This document shows, piece after piece, positions 63,884-64,000 of a stretch of DNA of 64,000 nt. Location of the stretch: assembly GCA_045125655.1 (NCBI GenBank), contig JBGVNP010000063.1, forward strand, positions 9 through 64,008. Direction: 5' to 3'. A program made the position numbers and the translations under genes. The notes under the pieces were generated by a model, which did not search any database, was not told the DNA's origin, and saw only the letters and a program-made list of their open reading frames with translations. This DNA comes from Eubacteriales bacterium (GTDB taxonomy: Bacteria; Bacillota; Clostridia; Oscillospirales; CAG-272). The first letter of the stretch is position 1. Every line of letters starts with the position of its first letter.

Positions 63884-64000
63884 ATGGAACTTAAAAAATT
63901 GATAGTTGATCTTTCATCGCTTATGTCCATTGGCGGATTTGAAAGATTTGAAAGAGAAAAATTGATTGCTCTTATCGGAGAGCATTTTGACGAGTGTTAT
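63884..64000 (+). CDS. partial ORF (runs off window), possibly M42-family peptidase/endoglucanase-like
   Basis: The ATG follows GGAGAAAATT. The N-terminus MELKKLIVDLSSLMSIGGFERFEREKL resembles the L..L..L....G.SG.E start of M42 proteins. Only 39 codons are visible. Confidence 0.3.
   Translation, partial: MELKKLIVDLSSLMSIGGFERFEREKLIALIGEHFDECY

Overview
This window looks like a chromosomal segment from a low-GC, endospore-forming Firmicute, probably Clostridia-like. Evidence for that: sigG, a DUF1540 gene, tig-clpP-clpX, lepB-ylqF-rnhB-yraN and greA-lysS. I call about 60 protein genes, one tRNA-Arg(ACG), several sigma-A-type promoters and many intrinsic terminators. All calls come from reading the sequence and from remembered family motifs; no BLAST, HMM or folding program was run. 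I saw no CRISPR array, prophage, transposase or recognisable defence system. Most of the window is housekeeping.

The observations most worth follow-up are:
1. A 1.4-kb cassette with no recombinase gene sits in the 3' end of rlmD. It is flanked by a duplicated gene end and opens with an array of CATGAATTG iterons and hairpins. It carries a TIGR02436-type four-helix-bundle gene and an orphan ORF.
2. A roughly 9.4-kb minus-strand operon joins an RDD protein, a CUT1-type ABC importer, a lipoprotein staphylococcal-type nuclease and an 850-aa lipoprotein of unknown function. It lies next to a barnase-like lipoprotein RNase, two NrnA-like DHH phosphoesterases and SurE, which suggests extracellular nucleic-acid scavenging.
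3. A roughly 200-nt structured leader precedes a CNNM/CorC transporter gene. It contains a clear anti-Shine-Dalgarno (anti-SD) segment and a possible proline-containing leader peptide.
4. A DtxR-type metalloregulator is fused in frame to an esterase-D/siderophore-esterase-like hydrolase, just downstream of dxs.
5. Smaller oddities include a phosphatase-like gene with degenerate motifs, an SPFH protein with a roughly 95-aa insertion, an unpaired divergent type IIA topoisomerase B subunit, and a cysteine-rich gene after a stand-alone sigG.
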